The notes beneath the pieces were generated by a model. The model was not told the origin of the DNA, searched no databases, and saw only the letters and a program-made list of their open reading frames with translations. From an uncultured Acidobacteriota bacterium (GTDB taxonomy: Bacteria > Acidobacteriota > UBA6911), in contig CAWJKZ010000012.1 of assembly GCA_963843575.1 (NCBI GenBank), forward strand, positions 96,001 to 160,000: a stretch of 64,000 nt of DNA. Reading direction: 5' to 3'. Positions within the stretch are counted from its first letter, which is position 1; the number at the start of each line of letters is the position of its first letter. This document shows positions 12,379 to 22,820 of the stretch, piece after piece. The translations under genes were made by a program, and so were the position numbers.

Positions 12379-12969
12379 CTAGAGGACCCCCTTGGTCGAC
12401 GGCACGCCGCCCACCCGCGGCTCCAGTCGCGTCGCAGTGCACAGGGCCCGGCCGGCGGCCTTGAAGACCGATTCGAAAATGTGATGTGTGTTGCGCCCGT
12501 ACAGCAGCTCGATGTGGATGTTCAGCCGGCAGTGCGTCACGAACGCCTTCCAGAACTCCTCGACCAGCTCGGAATCCAGGGCGCCGACGCGCTCTCGTTC
12601 CACCTTGACATGGTAGACGAGGTACGGCCGGCCCGACACGTCGGCCGCCACCCGCACGAGGGTTTCGTCCATCGGGTAATAGGCATGGGCAAACCGGGCG
12701 ATGCCGGCCTTGTCGCCCAGGGCCTTGTCGAAGGCCAGCCCCAGGCAGATCCCGATGTCCTCCACCGAGTGGTGGGCGTCGATGTCGAGGTCCCCCTTGC
12801 ACATCACCTCGAGGTCGAACAGCCCGTGCTTGGCAAACAGAACCAGCATGTGGTCGAGGAACGGGATGCCGGTCTGCACCCGCCCGTTGCCGCGGCCATC
12901 CAGGTTCAGTTTGATCTTGACGTCCGTTTCGTTCGTCGTGCGTTCGATGTTGGCCGATCGTTCAATCAT
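12379..12969 (-). CDS. hisB: Imidazoleglycerol-phosphate dehydratase
   Basis: RTTNETD, FLDHML, DAHHSVED, NTHHIFES, VPSTKG. Confidence 0.96.
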   Translation of the reverse strand: MIERSANIERTTNETDVKIKLNLDGRGNGRVQTGIPFLDHMLVLFAKHGLFDLEVMCKGDLDIDAHHSVEDIGICLGLAFDKALGDKAGIARFAHAYYPMDETLVRVAADVSGRPYLVYHVKVERERVGALDSELVEEFWKAFVTHCRLNIHIELLYGRNTHHIFESVFKAAGRALCTATRLEPRVGGVPSTKGVL

Positions 12970-14075
12970 GTCGGGGCTCCTCCACGGCGGCGGGCTTCAG
13001 CCGCCCGAGACTGGTGTGCAGCGCGGCGAGGAACCGGTCGTTCTCCGCGCGGCTGCCGACGGTGACCCTGAGGCAGCGGGAAAGCATCGGGTAGGCCGAC
13101 ACGTCGCGCACGAGAACACCCTGGGCCGCGAGCTCTTCGAATACGGCCCGGGGAACCGCCGGAAGCTCGAACAGGAAGAAGTTCGCGCCGGTCGGGTACA
13201 CCTTGACTCCCGGCAGGCGGCTCAGTTCCTCGCCCACGCGCGTCCTCTCCTCGAGGATGGCGCCGATCGCCGGTTTGAATCTGTCCAGGTTTTCCAGTGC
13301 CACCTGTGCGGCGGTGAGGCTGAACTGGTTGACGTTGTAGGGAAGCTTCGCCTTGGCGATCTGGGTGGCGAGTTCCGGGTGCGCCATGAGGTACCCGACG
13401 CGCAGCCCGGCCATGCCCATGGCCTTTGAGAATGTGCGCGTGATGATCAGGCGCGGGTAAGTTTCCAGGAAGGGCAGGCCCGTGCAGCCGCAGAACTCGA
13501 AGTAGGCCTCGTCGAGGAGGACGTGCCCAGAGAAGGCGTCCAGGATCCGCCGTAGCCCCTCCCCGTCCAGGACCGACCCGGTCGGGTTGTTGGGTGTGCA
13601 GACGACCAAGACCTTCGCGGCGACCTCCTCGGCCCGCAGGATGATCTCGTCGACGTCGTAACTCATGTCGGGCTTCAGCGCGACGGTGACGACGCGGGCC
13701 CCGAGTATCTGCGACACCAGCCCGTAGACGGTGAAGGTGGGGGCCGGGATGACGACCGGGGTCCTGTCCTTCACCAGCACCAGCAACGCCGCCTGGAGCA
13801 GTTCGTTGGAGCCGTTGCCAACCAGGATGCCTTCCTTGGGCCAACCCACCGTCTGGGCGAGCGCGGCGCGCAGCCCGTCGGGAACGAAACTCGGGGTAGC
13901 GGGACCAGCTCCGCGCCCGGTACCTCCGGAACACCTCCTCCTTCAGGTCTTCCGGGAAATCGTACGGGTTTTCGTTCTGGTTCAGCTTGACCTCGGCTTC
14001 ATAGGTGCGCAGGGTGTAGGCTGGCACCCTGAGCACCTGCTCCTTGACGCCGTGAAGGGACGAGTGCTTTTTCAA
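12962..14075 (-). CDS. hisC: Histidinol-phosphate aminotransferase (frameshift near 13885)
   Basis: KLNQNENPY and RYP in ORF 12966..14075; GNGSNE, PNNPTG, DEAY, RTFSKAMGMAGLRVGY in ORF 12962..13849. Confidence 0.93.
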
Positions 14076-14078
14076 TGG

Positions 14079-15392
14079 CTATACCTTTCTAACGGCCGCG
14101 CGGCCGTTCGCGGGCTCCTGCCGGATGCGAACGGATCTCGCGTGGGCGTCCAGTCCTTCGGAAAGCGCAAGCGTTTCGATCGACCTCCAGGTCCGGGCCA
14201 GTTCCTCGGCGCCGTAGTGGACGATGCTCGTCCTGCGCTGAAAATCATAGACGCCCAGCGGGGAGAAGAAACGTGCCGTCCCTCCGGTCGGCAGCACGTG
14301 ATTGCTGCCGGCGAAGTAGTCGCCCACCGCCTCGGGCGCGTGGTCTCCGTAGAAGATCGCCCCCGCGTTGCGCACCATCCCGATGGCGGAGGCCGGGATG
14401 CTGGAGAAGATCTCCAGGTGTTCGGGGGCCAGCTCGTTGATCCACGCGACGGCCTGGAGGTAGCTCTCCAGGATCACGACCGCACCGAAGTTGTCGAGCG
14501 ACCGCCGTGCGATGTCGCGTCTGGAGAGCGTCTCCACCTGCGCCTCCAGCTCGCGCTGGATCAGGACGGCGTGCGGCAGGGAGTCCGTGAAGCAGAGCGC
14601 GCAGGCCGACTCGTCGTGCTCCGCCTGCGACAGCATGTCGGCGGCGATGAAGCGCGGGTTGGATGCTGTGGTGGATAGGATGATCACTTCGCTCGGCCCG
14701 GCGATCATGTCGACGTCGACGTCGCCGAAGACCTCGCGCTTGGCCGCCGCCACGAAGGCGTTCCCGGGACCGACGATCTTGTCGACGCGGGCGATGCTCC
14801 CGGTGCCGTACGCCAGGGCGGCGATGGCCTGCGCCCCGCCCACAGTGTAGATCTCGCTCACGTTGAGCTCGTGCAGCGCGGCCGCCACCACCGGGTTCTT
14901 CTGAAACGTGCCCGGCGGAGTCGCCACCACGATCCGGGGGACGCCGGCGATCTTTGCCGGGATCACGTTCATGAGGACGGACGACGGGTAGGCCGCCGTC
15001 CCCCCCGGCACGTAAATCCCGACGCTGTCCAGGGGCAGGACCCGCTGGCCCAGAACCGTGCCGCGCCGCACGAACTCCCACGACTTCTGGACCTGCCGCT
15101 TGTGATAGGAGTGAATGTTGAAGATCGCTTTCTCCAGCTCGCGGACGATGGCCGGGTCGGCGGCAGCCGCCGCGGACCGGAGCGTCCGCGGCTTGACGCG
15201 CATCGTCGCAGGGGTGAGGCGCACCCCGTCGAATTCGGCCGTCAGCCGGAACAGGGCCGCGTCCCCTTCCTGCCGCACCTGGGACACGATCCGCCGGACG
15301 GCGGCGAGGATGTCGCCCGAGATCTGCCCCTGGCGCTTCTCCCACCGGGCGAAGAGTTTGTTCTTGTCCTTCAGCCTGTAGATCGGGATCAT
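14079..15392 (-). CDS. hisD: Histidinol dehydrogenase
   Basis: Start MIPIYRL; GIYVPGG, GGAQAIAALAYGT, GPGNAFV, AGPSE, QAEHD, APEHLE, GSNHVLPT. Confidence 0.95.
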   Translation of the reverse strand: MIPIYRLKDKNKLFARWEKRQGQISGDILAAVRRIVSQVRQEGDAALFRLTAEFDGVRLTPATMRVKPRTLRSAAAAADPAIVRELEKAIFNIHSYHKRQVQKSWEFVRRGTVLGQRVLPLDSVGIYVPGGTAAYPSSVLMNVIPAKIAGVPRIVVATPPGTFQKNPVVAAALHELNVSEIYTVGGAQAIAALAYGTGSIARVDKIVGPGNAFVAAAKREVFGDVDVDMIAGPSEVIILSTTASNPRFIAADMLSQAEHDESACALCFTDSLPHAVLIQRELEAQVETLSRRDIARRSLDNFGAVVILESYLQAVAWINELAPEHLEIFSSIPASAIGMVRNAGAIFYGDHAPEAVGDYFAGSNHVLPTGGTARFFSPLGVYDFQRRTSIVHYGAEELARTWRSIETLALSEGLDAHARSVRIRQEPANGRAAVRKV

Positions 15393-16018
15393 GACAGCGT
15401 ACCTCTCAGCCTTGTCAAAAACTCCTGGACGGCCTCGTGCTGGAGGTGAAAAGCGGCACGGTTGACGATGACCCGCGCCGTGGACTCCTCGATGTCCTCG
15501 ATTATGGTGAGCCCGTTGGCACGGAGCGTCGTCCCGGTCTCCACCAGGTCCACGATCGTGTCCGCGAGTCCGATGTTGGGCGCGAGCTCGACGCTGCCGC
15601 TGAGGAATATCACTTCGGCCGGGAGCCCGCGCGCCCGGAAGAACCGCTCGGTGATGCGCGGGTACTTTGTGGCGACGCGTGTCGTCGAGAGCAGGTTGTG
15701 ATTTTCCGGCGCGTTCCCCTCCCGCCCCGCCAGCACCAGTCTGCAGCGCCCGAACCCGAGGTCCAGCGGCTGGTGGACATCGGGGCTCGCCTCGAGCAGA
15801 ACATCCCTCCCGCAGATGCCGGCGGCGGCGGCCCCGTACTCGACGTACGTCGGCAGATCGGTGGGCTTGACGAGCAGAAACCGGTAGCACCCGGTGGCAT
15901 CGGGCGCGATCAGGCGCCGCGACGTCAGGATGTCGTCCGGGACCTCGATGCCTGCCCGCGCGAGACACTCGACCGAGGGCTCGAGCAACCTGCCCTTGGA
16001 CAGGGCGACCGTGAGCAT
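15389..16018 (-). CDS. hisG: ATP phosphoribosyltransferase, short form
   Basis: MLTVALSKGR, VATKYP, GSVELAP, IVDLVETGTTL; no C-terminal regulatory domain; next to hisZ. Confidence 0.94.
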   Translation of the reverse strand: MLTVALSKGRLLEPSVECLARAGIEVPDDILTSRRLIAPDATGCYRFLLVKPTDLPTYVEYGAAAAGICGRDVLLEASPDVHQPLDLGFGRCRLVLAGREGNAPENHNLLSTTRVATKYPRITERFFRARGLPAEVIFLSGSVELAPNIGLADTIVDLVETGTTLRANGLTIIEDIEESTARVIVNRAAFHLQHEAVQEFLTRLRGTLS

Positions 16019-16058
16019 TATGTTCGCCTCCCGACCTGTACCCGCAGCCCGCCGCGCC

Positions 16059-17123
16059 TCAGGCTCCATGCCTGCGCGAACAGCTCCCGGGGAGAGCGCC
16101 CCTCCACCTCGAGGACGCATTCCTCGGAATCGTGGGCCGGGAGCGCAAGGTTGGCGAGGGCGCCCACCAGCGGGAGAACTGATCCAGCGTGATCGAGAAA
16201 CCCACGGCCGGGAGGTCCCAGCCGAACTTCCCCAACAGGCCGTCGTACCGCCCTCCGCCGCCCAGTTCGAACCCGAGCTGGCTGCCGTAGATCTTGAAGA
16301 CCATTCCCGAGTAGTAATCCAGGCCGCGCACCTCGGCGAGGTCGAACGAGACATAGTCCGTCAACCCGAGCGTCTCCAGCACCGAGTGAATCTCGATCAG
16401 GTCGGCGAGCGCTTTACGTGCCCGCGGGTTCTGCACCACCGCCTGCGCCGCGTCCAGCACTCCGCGCCCCCCCGCGTAGCTGGGGAGCCGCGCGAGGAAC
16501 TCCCTCTTTTCCGGCGGAACGTCGAAACCGGCCACCTCGCGCTCGAGCCAGGCGCAGTCTTTCCGGTCGACGGCGTCGCGCAACGCGTCGGCACGTTCGG
16601 CTCCGAGGTTGAGACCGGAGACGATGCCTGCGAAAAAACCGACGTGGCCGAGCGCAAGCCGGAAATCGGTGATGCCCAGGTGAAGCAGGCAGTCTACGGC
16701 GATCAGGAGGACCTCGATGTCCGCCCAGATGTCTCCGACCCCCATAGACTCGAGGCCGACCTGGTAGAACTCCTTCTGTTTCCCGGCCCCCGGCCGCTCC
16801 TGGCGAAAGACCTCGCCCGAGTAAAACAGCTGGATTGGGAGCGGCTGCCCGGTCATGCGCGTAGCGGTGGTCTTGGCGACGAGGGTCGTCAGGTCGGGGC
16901 GCAGCGCCAGAAGCGACCCGTCCCTGTCCAGGAACCGGTAGGCCTTGTCCCCCAGCCGGGACCCGAGGCCGTAGGAAAAGTCCTCCAGGTAGTCGAAAAA
17001 CGGGAGGATGATTTCGAGGAAACCCCAGTTCTTCATGATGCCCGCGAGGATGGACTCCACTTTCCGTCGCCGGTTCACCTCCTCGCCGAAGTAACACTGC
17101 ACCCCCTGGGGGATCATGGGCAT
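16059..17123 (-). CDS. hisZ: ATP phosphoribosyltransferase regulatory subunit (3' end probably frameshifted; true stop may be near 16018)
   Basis: HisRS-like LALRPDLT, EFYQVGLE, LDYYSGMVF, GGGRYDGL; directly upstream of short hisG. Confidence 0.9.
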   Translation of the reverse strand: MPMIPQGVQCYFGEEVNRRRKVESILAGIMKNWGFLEIILPFFDYLEDFSYGLGSRLGDKAYRFLDRDGSLLALRPDLTTLVAKTTATRMTGQPLPIQLFYSGEVFRQERPGAGKQKEFYQVGLESMGVGDIWADIEVLLIAVDCLLHLGITDFRLALGHVGFFAGIVSGLNLGAERADALRDAVDRKDCAWLEREVAGFDVPPEKREFLARLPSYAGGRGVLDAAQAVVQNPRARKALADLIEIHSVLETLGLTDYVSFDLAEVRGLDYYSGMVFKIYGSQLGFELGGGGRYDGLLGKFGWDLPAVGFSITLDQFSRWWAPSPTLRSRPTIPRNASSRWRGALPGSCSRRHGA

Positions 17124-17149
17124 CAGGTCCCGGGCTCGTCTGAAGGTCT

Positions 17150-18124
17150 TCACTCCCTGCCTCCTCCGGCACGCCGCGGTCCCGGTGCCGACTCGTTCAG
17201 CTCCTCGACTTCGAGGCCGCGGTTGTCCGCCTTCAGGACCCGGACTTCCGCCGCGAGGCCGTGGCGGGCGAAAATGGACCGTATCTGCTCGCCGATCTCG
17301 GCTTCGCGCGCGTCCGCGATCGCGACGACGGTCGAGCCCGCCCCGGACAGGGCGACTCCCAGCAGGCCCGCGCTGCCGTCCATGGCGAGGATCTCCTGCA
17401 AGCCCGGGAGCAGCGGCGCCCGAAACGGCTGGTGCAGCCTGTCGCGCATGGCTTCGCGCAGGCCGTCGGCCCGGCCCTGTACCAGCTGCGACATCAGGAA
17501 AGCGGCCCGCTGCACGTTGTAGACCGCGTCGTGCCTGGAGACCTCCTGGGGCAGGACCGCGCGCGCCAGCCTGGTTTCGAGCTCGAAATCGGGGGTGACC
17601 GCCACCACCGACCAGTGCGACGGGAACACGCTGCGCGAGCAGAGGACGGTCTCCGCCGCTATCGAGGCGACGAGGCCGCCGTAAAGGGCGGGGGCCACGT
17701 TGTCGGGGTGACCCTCGCGCCGTACCGCGTCCCGCAGCAACGCTTCCGGCGTCAGATCCAAACCGCACAGGAGGCTAGCCGCGGCAGCGCCGGCGAGGCA
17801 GGCGGCCGCGCTGCTCCCCATGCCCTTGGTGATGGGAATCCCGTTGTCGATGCGCAGCGCGAACCGCGGGGGCACAACGTCGTGGCGGGCCGCGGTCTCG
17901 TGGATAACCCGCCAGATCAGGTTGGACTCGTCGCGCGGGATCAGCCGGGCGTCCTCACCCGTCACCTCGATGTCGGGCTGCGGGGTGTCGGAGGGGCGCA
18001 CGTCGACCGTCAGATAAAGCTGCAGGGCGAGGCCGACCGCGTCGAAGGCGGCGCCCAGGTTGGAGGTGCTCCCGGGAACCCTGATCCTTCCGGCCCTCTG
18101 CGACCGGTCCGCACTGCTGGTCAT
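17150..18124 (-). CDS. thrB: Homoserine kinase
   Basis: VPGSTSNLGAAFD, IPITKGMGSSAAA, EGHPDNVAPA, DRLHQPFR, LSGAGST. Confidence 0.93.
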   Translation of the reverse strand: MTSSADRSQRAGRIRVPGSTSNLGAAFDAVGLALQLYLTVDVRPSDTPQPDIEVTGEDARLIPRDESNLIWRVIHETAARHDVVPPRFALRIDNGIPITKGMGSSAAACLAGAAAASLLCGLDLTPEALLRDAVRREGHPDNVAPALYGGLVASIAAETVLCSRSVFPSHWSVVAVTPDFELETRLARAVLPQEVSRHDAVYNVQRAAFLMSQLVQGRADGLREAMRDRLHQPFRAPLLPGLQEILAMDGSAGLLGVALSGAGSTVVAIADAREAEIGEQIRSIFARHGLAAEVRVLKADNRGLEVEELNESAPGPRRAGGGRE

Positions 18125-18159
18125 CGATTATCGGCTTTCTTTGTCCCGCGCCCGGCGGA

Positions 18160-19635
18160 CTATGGTTTCACGGCGCAGCCCAGCGCCTTGGACAGCGCCT
18201 TGCCCATGACGTGATCGGGCACCGGTGGACCCGCCCACAATTGCTGCTGCTTGATCGCCTGGCAGAGAAACATTTCGCTGCCGGCTATGGTGCGGCACCC
18301 GCGCGCCGCGGCATCCTGCAACAGACGCGTGTCCACAGGATTGTACACGAGGTCGTACACCCAGGTCCCGTTGAGCCACTCCGCGGGCACCGGCGAGACG
18401 TCGGGCTGCGGGTGCATGCCGACGGGCGTGGCGTTCACCAGTAACTCCCAGGACAATCCCGGCAGGTCGCTCCACGGCGCGTACTCGGCCTCGAACCTCT
18501 GGGCCAGCGCCCGTGCCTTGTCCGGGTCGCGTGCCACGATACACACGGTCGCCCCGCTGGCGCGCAGGCCGTGGACCACCGCCCGCGCCGCGCCGCCGGC
18601 GCCCAGCACGAGGGTGCGCATCCGGCCGAGGTGCGTCCTCCGGCGCAGCGGCCTCAAAAAGCCCTCCACGTCGCTGTTTTCCCCGTGCCACCCGCCCGGT
18701 TTGCACACGAGAGTGTTGGCCGCACCCACCCGGTCGGCTTCGATCGACAGGCTGAGGGCCCGGCGTGCCACCTCCTCCTTGTAGGGTATCGTCACGCTGG
18801 CCCCGCGGAGCCCCACCCATGTGCCGAACGCCTCGAGGTCGTCCACGTCGGCAGCTTCCAGCGGCAGGAAAACCGCGTCGCGCTGCCGCGCCGCGAACGC
18901 CGCGTTGTGGATCAGCGGCGAAAGCGTGTGCCCGAGCGGACGACCGGCGACCCCGTAAATCTCCGTGTCCGCCGTTATGCCGCGTACCCGGTAGACGTCC
19001 AGGAGTGTCTCCGCATCGAGCTGCCCGTCCGCGGTCGGCTGCCCGCCGGGAAGGCTGGCGAAAACGAGCCACGATCCCCACAGGCCGCCCAGCACCCGGC
19101 TCGGGACGCCGGGCAGCCCCATCGCCAGGGCGCAGAGCCGGATGCCGCGCGCCGAGGCGTGCTTCAAAGCGGCGGCAATCCTGAGGTTGTCCGAAAGGCG
19201 GCAGGCCCGCGTGGCGATCTTCACCGCGCCGGCACCGACCGCCGCCATCCGCTCCACCAGGCTTTCCATCGCCGACGGTGTTTCCCTGAAATCATGGTGG
19301 GACAGGATGACTTTGCTCTTTCCCACCGAGTCCAGAACCACCTTCCAGAAGGCGGAGAACTCGACGTCGACATAGTCGGCCCCGCAGCGCGCCGCCTCGA
19401 GTATCAACTCGAGGCGATCGCGTTCGCTGCCGAAATACTCACCCCCTTCCTCCCGGCTGCGCAGCGTGAAGATCATGGGGCACGGCTTGGTGCGGCACAG
19501 CCGGCGCACGTCCAGGTCGCGGATGTAGTCTCCCCGGATCTCGACGAGGTCCGCCCACTGCGCCGCACGGCCGGCCGCGGCGAGCGCCTCGCCGGTCGAA
19601 GATTCCCGAATCGCGACACAGATCCGCACGGTCAC
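18160..19635 (-). CDS. aroE: Fused type I 3-dehydroquinate dehydratase / shikimate dehydrogenase (AroD-AroE)
   Basis: N-half DLVEIR, DYVDVE, ILSHHDF, VKIA; C-half HTLSPLIHN, VTIPYK, GAANT, LGAGGAARA, NATPVGM, DLVYNP; GTG start estimated. Confidence 0.9.
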   Translation of the reverse strand: MTVRICVAIRESSTGEALAAAGRAAQWADLVEIRGDYIRDLDVRRLCRTKPCPMIFTLRSREEGGEYFGSERDRLELILEAARCGADYVDVEFSAFWKVVLDSVGKSKVILSHHDFRETPSAMESLVERMAAVGAGAVKIATRACRLSDNLRIAAALKHASARGIRLCALAMGLPGVPSRVLGGLWGSWLVFASLPGGQPTADGQLDAETLLDVYRVRGITADTEIYGVAGRPLGHTLSPLIHNAAFAARQRDAVFLPLEAADVDDLEAFGTWVGLRGASVTIPYKEEVARRALSLSIEADRVGAANTLVCKPGGWHGENSDVEGFLRPLRRRTHLGRMRTLVLGAGGAARAVVHGLRASGATVCIVARDPDKARALAQRFEAEYAPWSDLPGLSWELLVNATPVGMHPQPDVSPVPAEWLNGTWVYDLVYNPVDTRLLQDAAARGCRTIAGSEMFLCQAIKQQQLWAGPPVPDHVMGKALSKALGCAVKP

Positions 19636-19776
19636 AATCACCTCTGAGAGGATTTTGGATTTTACCGGGACGGGCTCACAAAATCCACAAGGCACGTCGC
19701 AACGGGTCCGCTCCTGCAGCCCCCCACGTCGCCGGCGCGGGTGGCGGCCAGGGGCCCGAGGCGCCTCGAAGGCCCG

Positions 19777-21107
19777 CTAACGGGGCGAGATCCAGGGCTC
19801 CGCCATCAGCTTCTCGATCTCGCCGACTTCACGCGGAATCCCCGGAGTCAGGATCTCGCAGCCGTCGCGCGTCACCAGGACCGTGTCTTCGATGCGCACA
19901 CCCAGTCCTTTCTCGGCAATATAGACTCCGGGCTCCACGGTGACGACGACGCCCGGCTCGAACGGTTCCCAGGCACCGACGTCGTGAACCGCCATCCCGA
20001 CATAGTGGCTGACCCCGTGGCGCCAGTAGCCGGCGTAGCCTGCCTTCTCGACCACCTCGCGGGCGACTCGGTTGAGGTCGGCGAAGGTCGCCCCGGGCCT
20101 GATCCTGGCGAGTGCGGCCCGCTCCGCCTCCAGAACGATGTTGTAGACGCGCGCCTGTTCGTCGCTGAACTTGCCCGACACCGGGAAGGTGCAGGTGATG
20201 TCGGCCTGGTAGTAGCCGTAGTCCGGGCCGAAATCCAACACGAAGAGGTCCCCGGCTTCGGTCCTGCGGGAGTTGCCGCTGTAGTGCAGGACGCACGAAT
20301 TGGGGCCCGAGCCGGCTATGGCGAAATACCCGGGGCCCATGGCGCCGTGCCACTTGAAGATGAACTCCGCCGCCGCCGCCACCTGGTATTCGTACCGGCC
20401 CGGCTCGGCCGCACGCATGGCCTCCAGCGCACCCAGGACGCCGATACGCCCGGCCTCCCGCATCAGCCGGATCTCCGGCTCGTCTTTGACGCGCCGGAGG
20501 TTGTCCAGGACCGGCGAGAGGTCCTTGACGGGCACCGTGTCGCCCAGCTTCTGGCGCAGCCTGGCCTGGAACGCCTTCTCCCGGGAGATCCGGCCGTCCC
20601 ACGCGCTCCGCTCCACCGCGTTGTCGTACAGGGTCGCACGGTCGCGGCTGGTAGTCGCGGTCTCCTCCGGGCGGAAGGGCGTGAATACGGCCGCGGCGCC
20701 CGCCCGGGCCGATTCGAGCTCGGCCTCGAACCGGGCGACGTCCAGCACCTCGTCGCAACCGGCCGCCTCGCGCGCCTCGGCCCCGGGGTAGATCCTGGGC
20801 CCTTCCCAAGCCTCGGTCTGCGCATTGCGCGGGGGAGAAACAGCACCGATCGCCTGCGGACGGCGTCGATGAGCAGCATCGCGCCGGGCGCTTCCACGCC
20901 CGTCAGGTAGTAGAAATCGTTGCTCTGGCGAAAGCGGTCGTAAGCCCGCGTTTCCGGCGCGCCCTGCAACACCGCGACGGATCCCTCGATTTTCTTCATC
21001 AGGGCGGAGCGGCGGGCGCCGTGGTACGAAGGGGACGGGGCGCCGCGAAGCGGCAGGTCGAGGACGACCGCTCCGAGAAGCGCCGCCGCGAACAGAACTC
21101 TCTTCAT
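19777..21107 (-). CDS. Xaa-Pro aminopeptidase (M24B) with signal peptide (frameshift near 20830)
   Basis: MKRVLFAAALLGAVVL; FRQSNDFYYLTG; YQADIT, HGVSHYVGMAVHD, VEPGVY, GVRIED. Confidence 0.88.
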
Positions 21108-21150
21108 GCTGGCTCCTGGAAACGCCGGCGCGGTGGCACGGCGTACAACT

Positions 21151-22344
21151 TCACCGGGTATCGTCGCCCGGAGGTTTCGGCACGACGAGCGCCGCCCGGG
21201 TGATCGACCCATCGCCATAGCGCCGGTGGATATCGTCGAGCGCGGCGGCAAGCTTCCGGTCTTTGGACGCCGGTTCCCGGAAAAGCGGCATCTGGCCGGA
21301 GGGCTCAGTCACCAGGTTGCTCGCGTACACCCCGATCAGCCGCACCGGCACACCCTTGCGCACCAGGGCGTTCATCAGCTTCAGGGCCACCGGGAACACC
21401 CTCTCCTCGGTGTCCACGGGCTCGTCGAGCGTGACCCGCCGCGTGTGGGTGGTGAAATCGGACTCGCGAAATTTGATGGCGATCGTCCGCGCCGTCGCGC
21501 CGTGTTGCCGGAGCCGCCTGGTGACCTTGCCCGTCAGGTGCAGCAGGGTGTCGTGCAGCAACCCGGCGTCGCATGTGTCGACCTCGAAGGTGGTCTCGTG
21601 ACCAATCGACTTGTATCCCGCTTCCGGCGCCACCGCCCGATCGTCGACCCCGTGCGCCAGCTCCCACGCGCTCTCTCCCGGCGTGCCGAGCAACCGGACG
21701 AGTGTGCCGCGATCCATCGCGGCAATCTGGGCGACCGTTGCGATACCGAGTTCGCGGAAGCGCGTTTCGGTTTTTGCCCCGACGCCCCACAGGCGCCCGA
21801 CCGGAAGCGGCCCGAGAAACTCGCGTTCCGTTCCCGGTTCAACGACGACCAGGCCGTCGGGCTTGCGCAGGTCGGAGGCGACTTTGGCCACGAACTTGTT
21901 GGAAGCCACGCCGACGGACGCCGTCAGCCCCTCCTCCCGGCGGATCCTCGCCTTGATCTGTTTCGCGATCTCCGGCCCGCCGCCGAGCAGGCGCCGGCTA
22001 CCGCCTACGTCCAGGAAGGCCTCGTCGATACTGACCTGCTCGACAAGGTCCGAGAAGTCGAGCAGTATCCTCATGATACGTTCCGAGGCGCGCACGTACT
22101 TGCCCATTTCCGGGGTGACGTATATGCCGTGCGGACACAAGCGCCACGCCTGGGATATTGGCTGCGCCGAGTGGATTCCGAACCGGCGCGCCTCATACGA
22201 GCAAGTGGCGACGATGCCGCGTCCCCGGCCCCGCTTTGGGTCGGCTCCGACAATGACCGGTTTGCCGCGGAACTCAGGATGATCCCGCTGCTCTACGGAA
22301 GCGTAAAAGGCGTCCATATCGACGTGCAGGATGGTTCGGTCCAT
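21151..22344 (-). CDS. dinB: DNA polymerase IV
   Basis: ILHVDMDAFYASVEQ, CSYEARRFG, SIDEAFLD, KPDG, KSIGHETTF. Confidence 0.95.
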   Translation of the reverse strand: MDRTILHVDMDAFYASVEQRDHPEFRGKPVIVGADPKRGRGRGIVATCSYEARRFGIHSAQPISQAWRLCPHGIYVTPEMGKYVRASERIMRILLDFSDLVEQVSIDEAFLDVGGSRRLLGGGPEIAKQIKARIRREEGLTASVGVASNKFVAKVASDLRKPDGLVVVEPGTEREFLGPLPVGRLWGVGAKTETRFRELGIATVAQIAAMDRGTLVRLLGTPGESAWELAHGVDDRAVAPEAGYKSIGHETTFEVDTCDAGLLHDTLLHLTGKVTRRLRQHGATARTIAIKFRESDFTTHTRRVTLDEPVDTEERVFPVALKLMNALVRKGVPVRLIGVYASNLVTEPSGQMPLFREPASKDRKLAAALDDIHRRYGDGSITRAALVVPKPPGDDTR

Positions 22345-22411
22345 CTAGAGTGCGGCCTCGGGTATGGGGTCGAGTCCGGTCCTCCGGCTCGCCCGTGCGC
22401 TCCCGTTCCCA

Positions 22412-22810
22412 TCAGGAGTTCATCCCCGGCGGCCGGGAGCCCTCCTCACGCATTTCCGACAGCAGAAGCGCCAGGCGCCGGTCCCGGGCATTGGCACACG
22501 GGCGGTCGCACAGCGCCAGATTCTCGATTTCGCGGCAATGTTGCCGGCACTCTTCGGTCCCGAACAGGCTGGGCCACCTGAACCGGCGCGGCTCCGACAG
22601 GAGGTGCCGCAACCTGCTGGCCAACACCGAGACACTGCTGCCGCAACTGTGTTCGAAGACAATCAGGTTGGCTGCGGGATGGGCGTCCATGACCTGTATC
22701 CCCAGCAACTTCAACGCGGGATCGAACACGAACTCCTGCCAGGTCCTCCAGGCACGCCCGCAGGAACCGCAGGTCCGGAACGGATCTCCGTCTACCGCTT
22801 TGCCGCTCAT
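22412..22810 (-). CDS. Cys-rich hypothetical protein
   Basis: Fills the cobB-dinB gap, co-oriented; CGSC, EHSC, CRQHC, CDRPC. Confidence 0.7.
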   Translation of the reverse strand: MSGKAVDGDPFRTCGSCGRAWRTWQEFVFDPALKLLGIQVMDAHPAANLIVFEHSCGSSVSVLASRLRHLLSEPRRFRWPSLFGTEECRQHCREIENLALCDRPCANARDRRLALLLSEMREEGSRPPGMNS

Positions 22811-22820
22811 CGGTGTCGTA

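Noticed and set aside
16059-17123. Histidyl-tRNA synthetase
   Set aside because: Position before short hisG within the his operon indicates HisZ.
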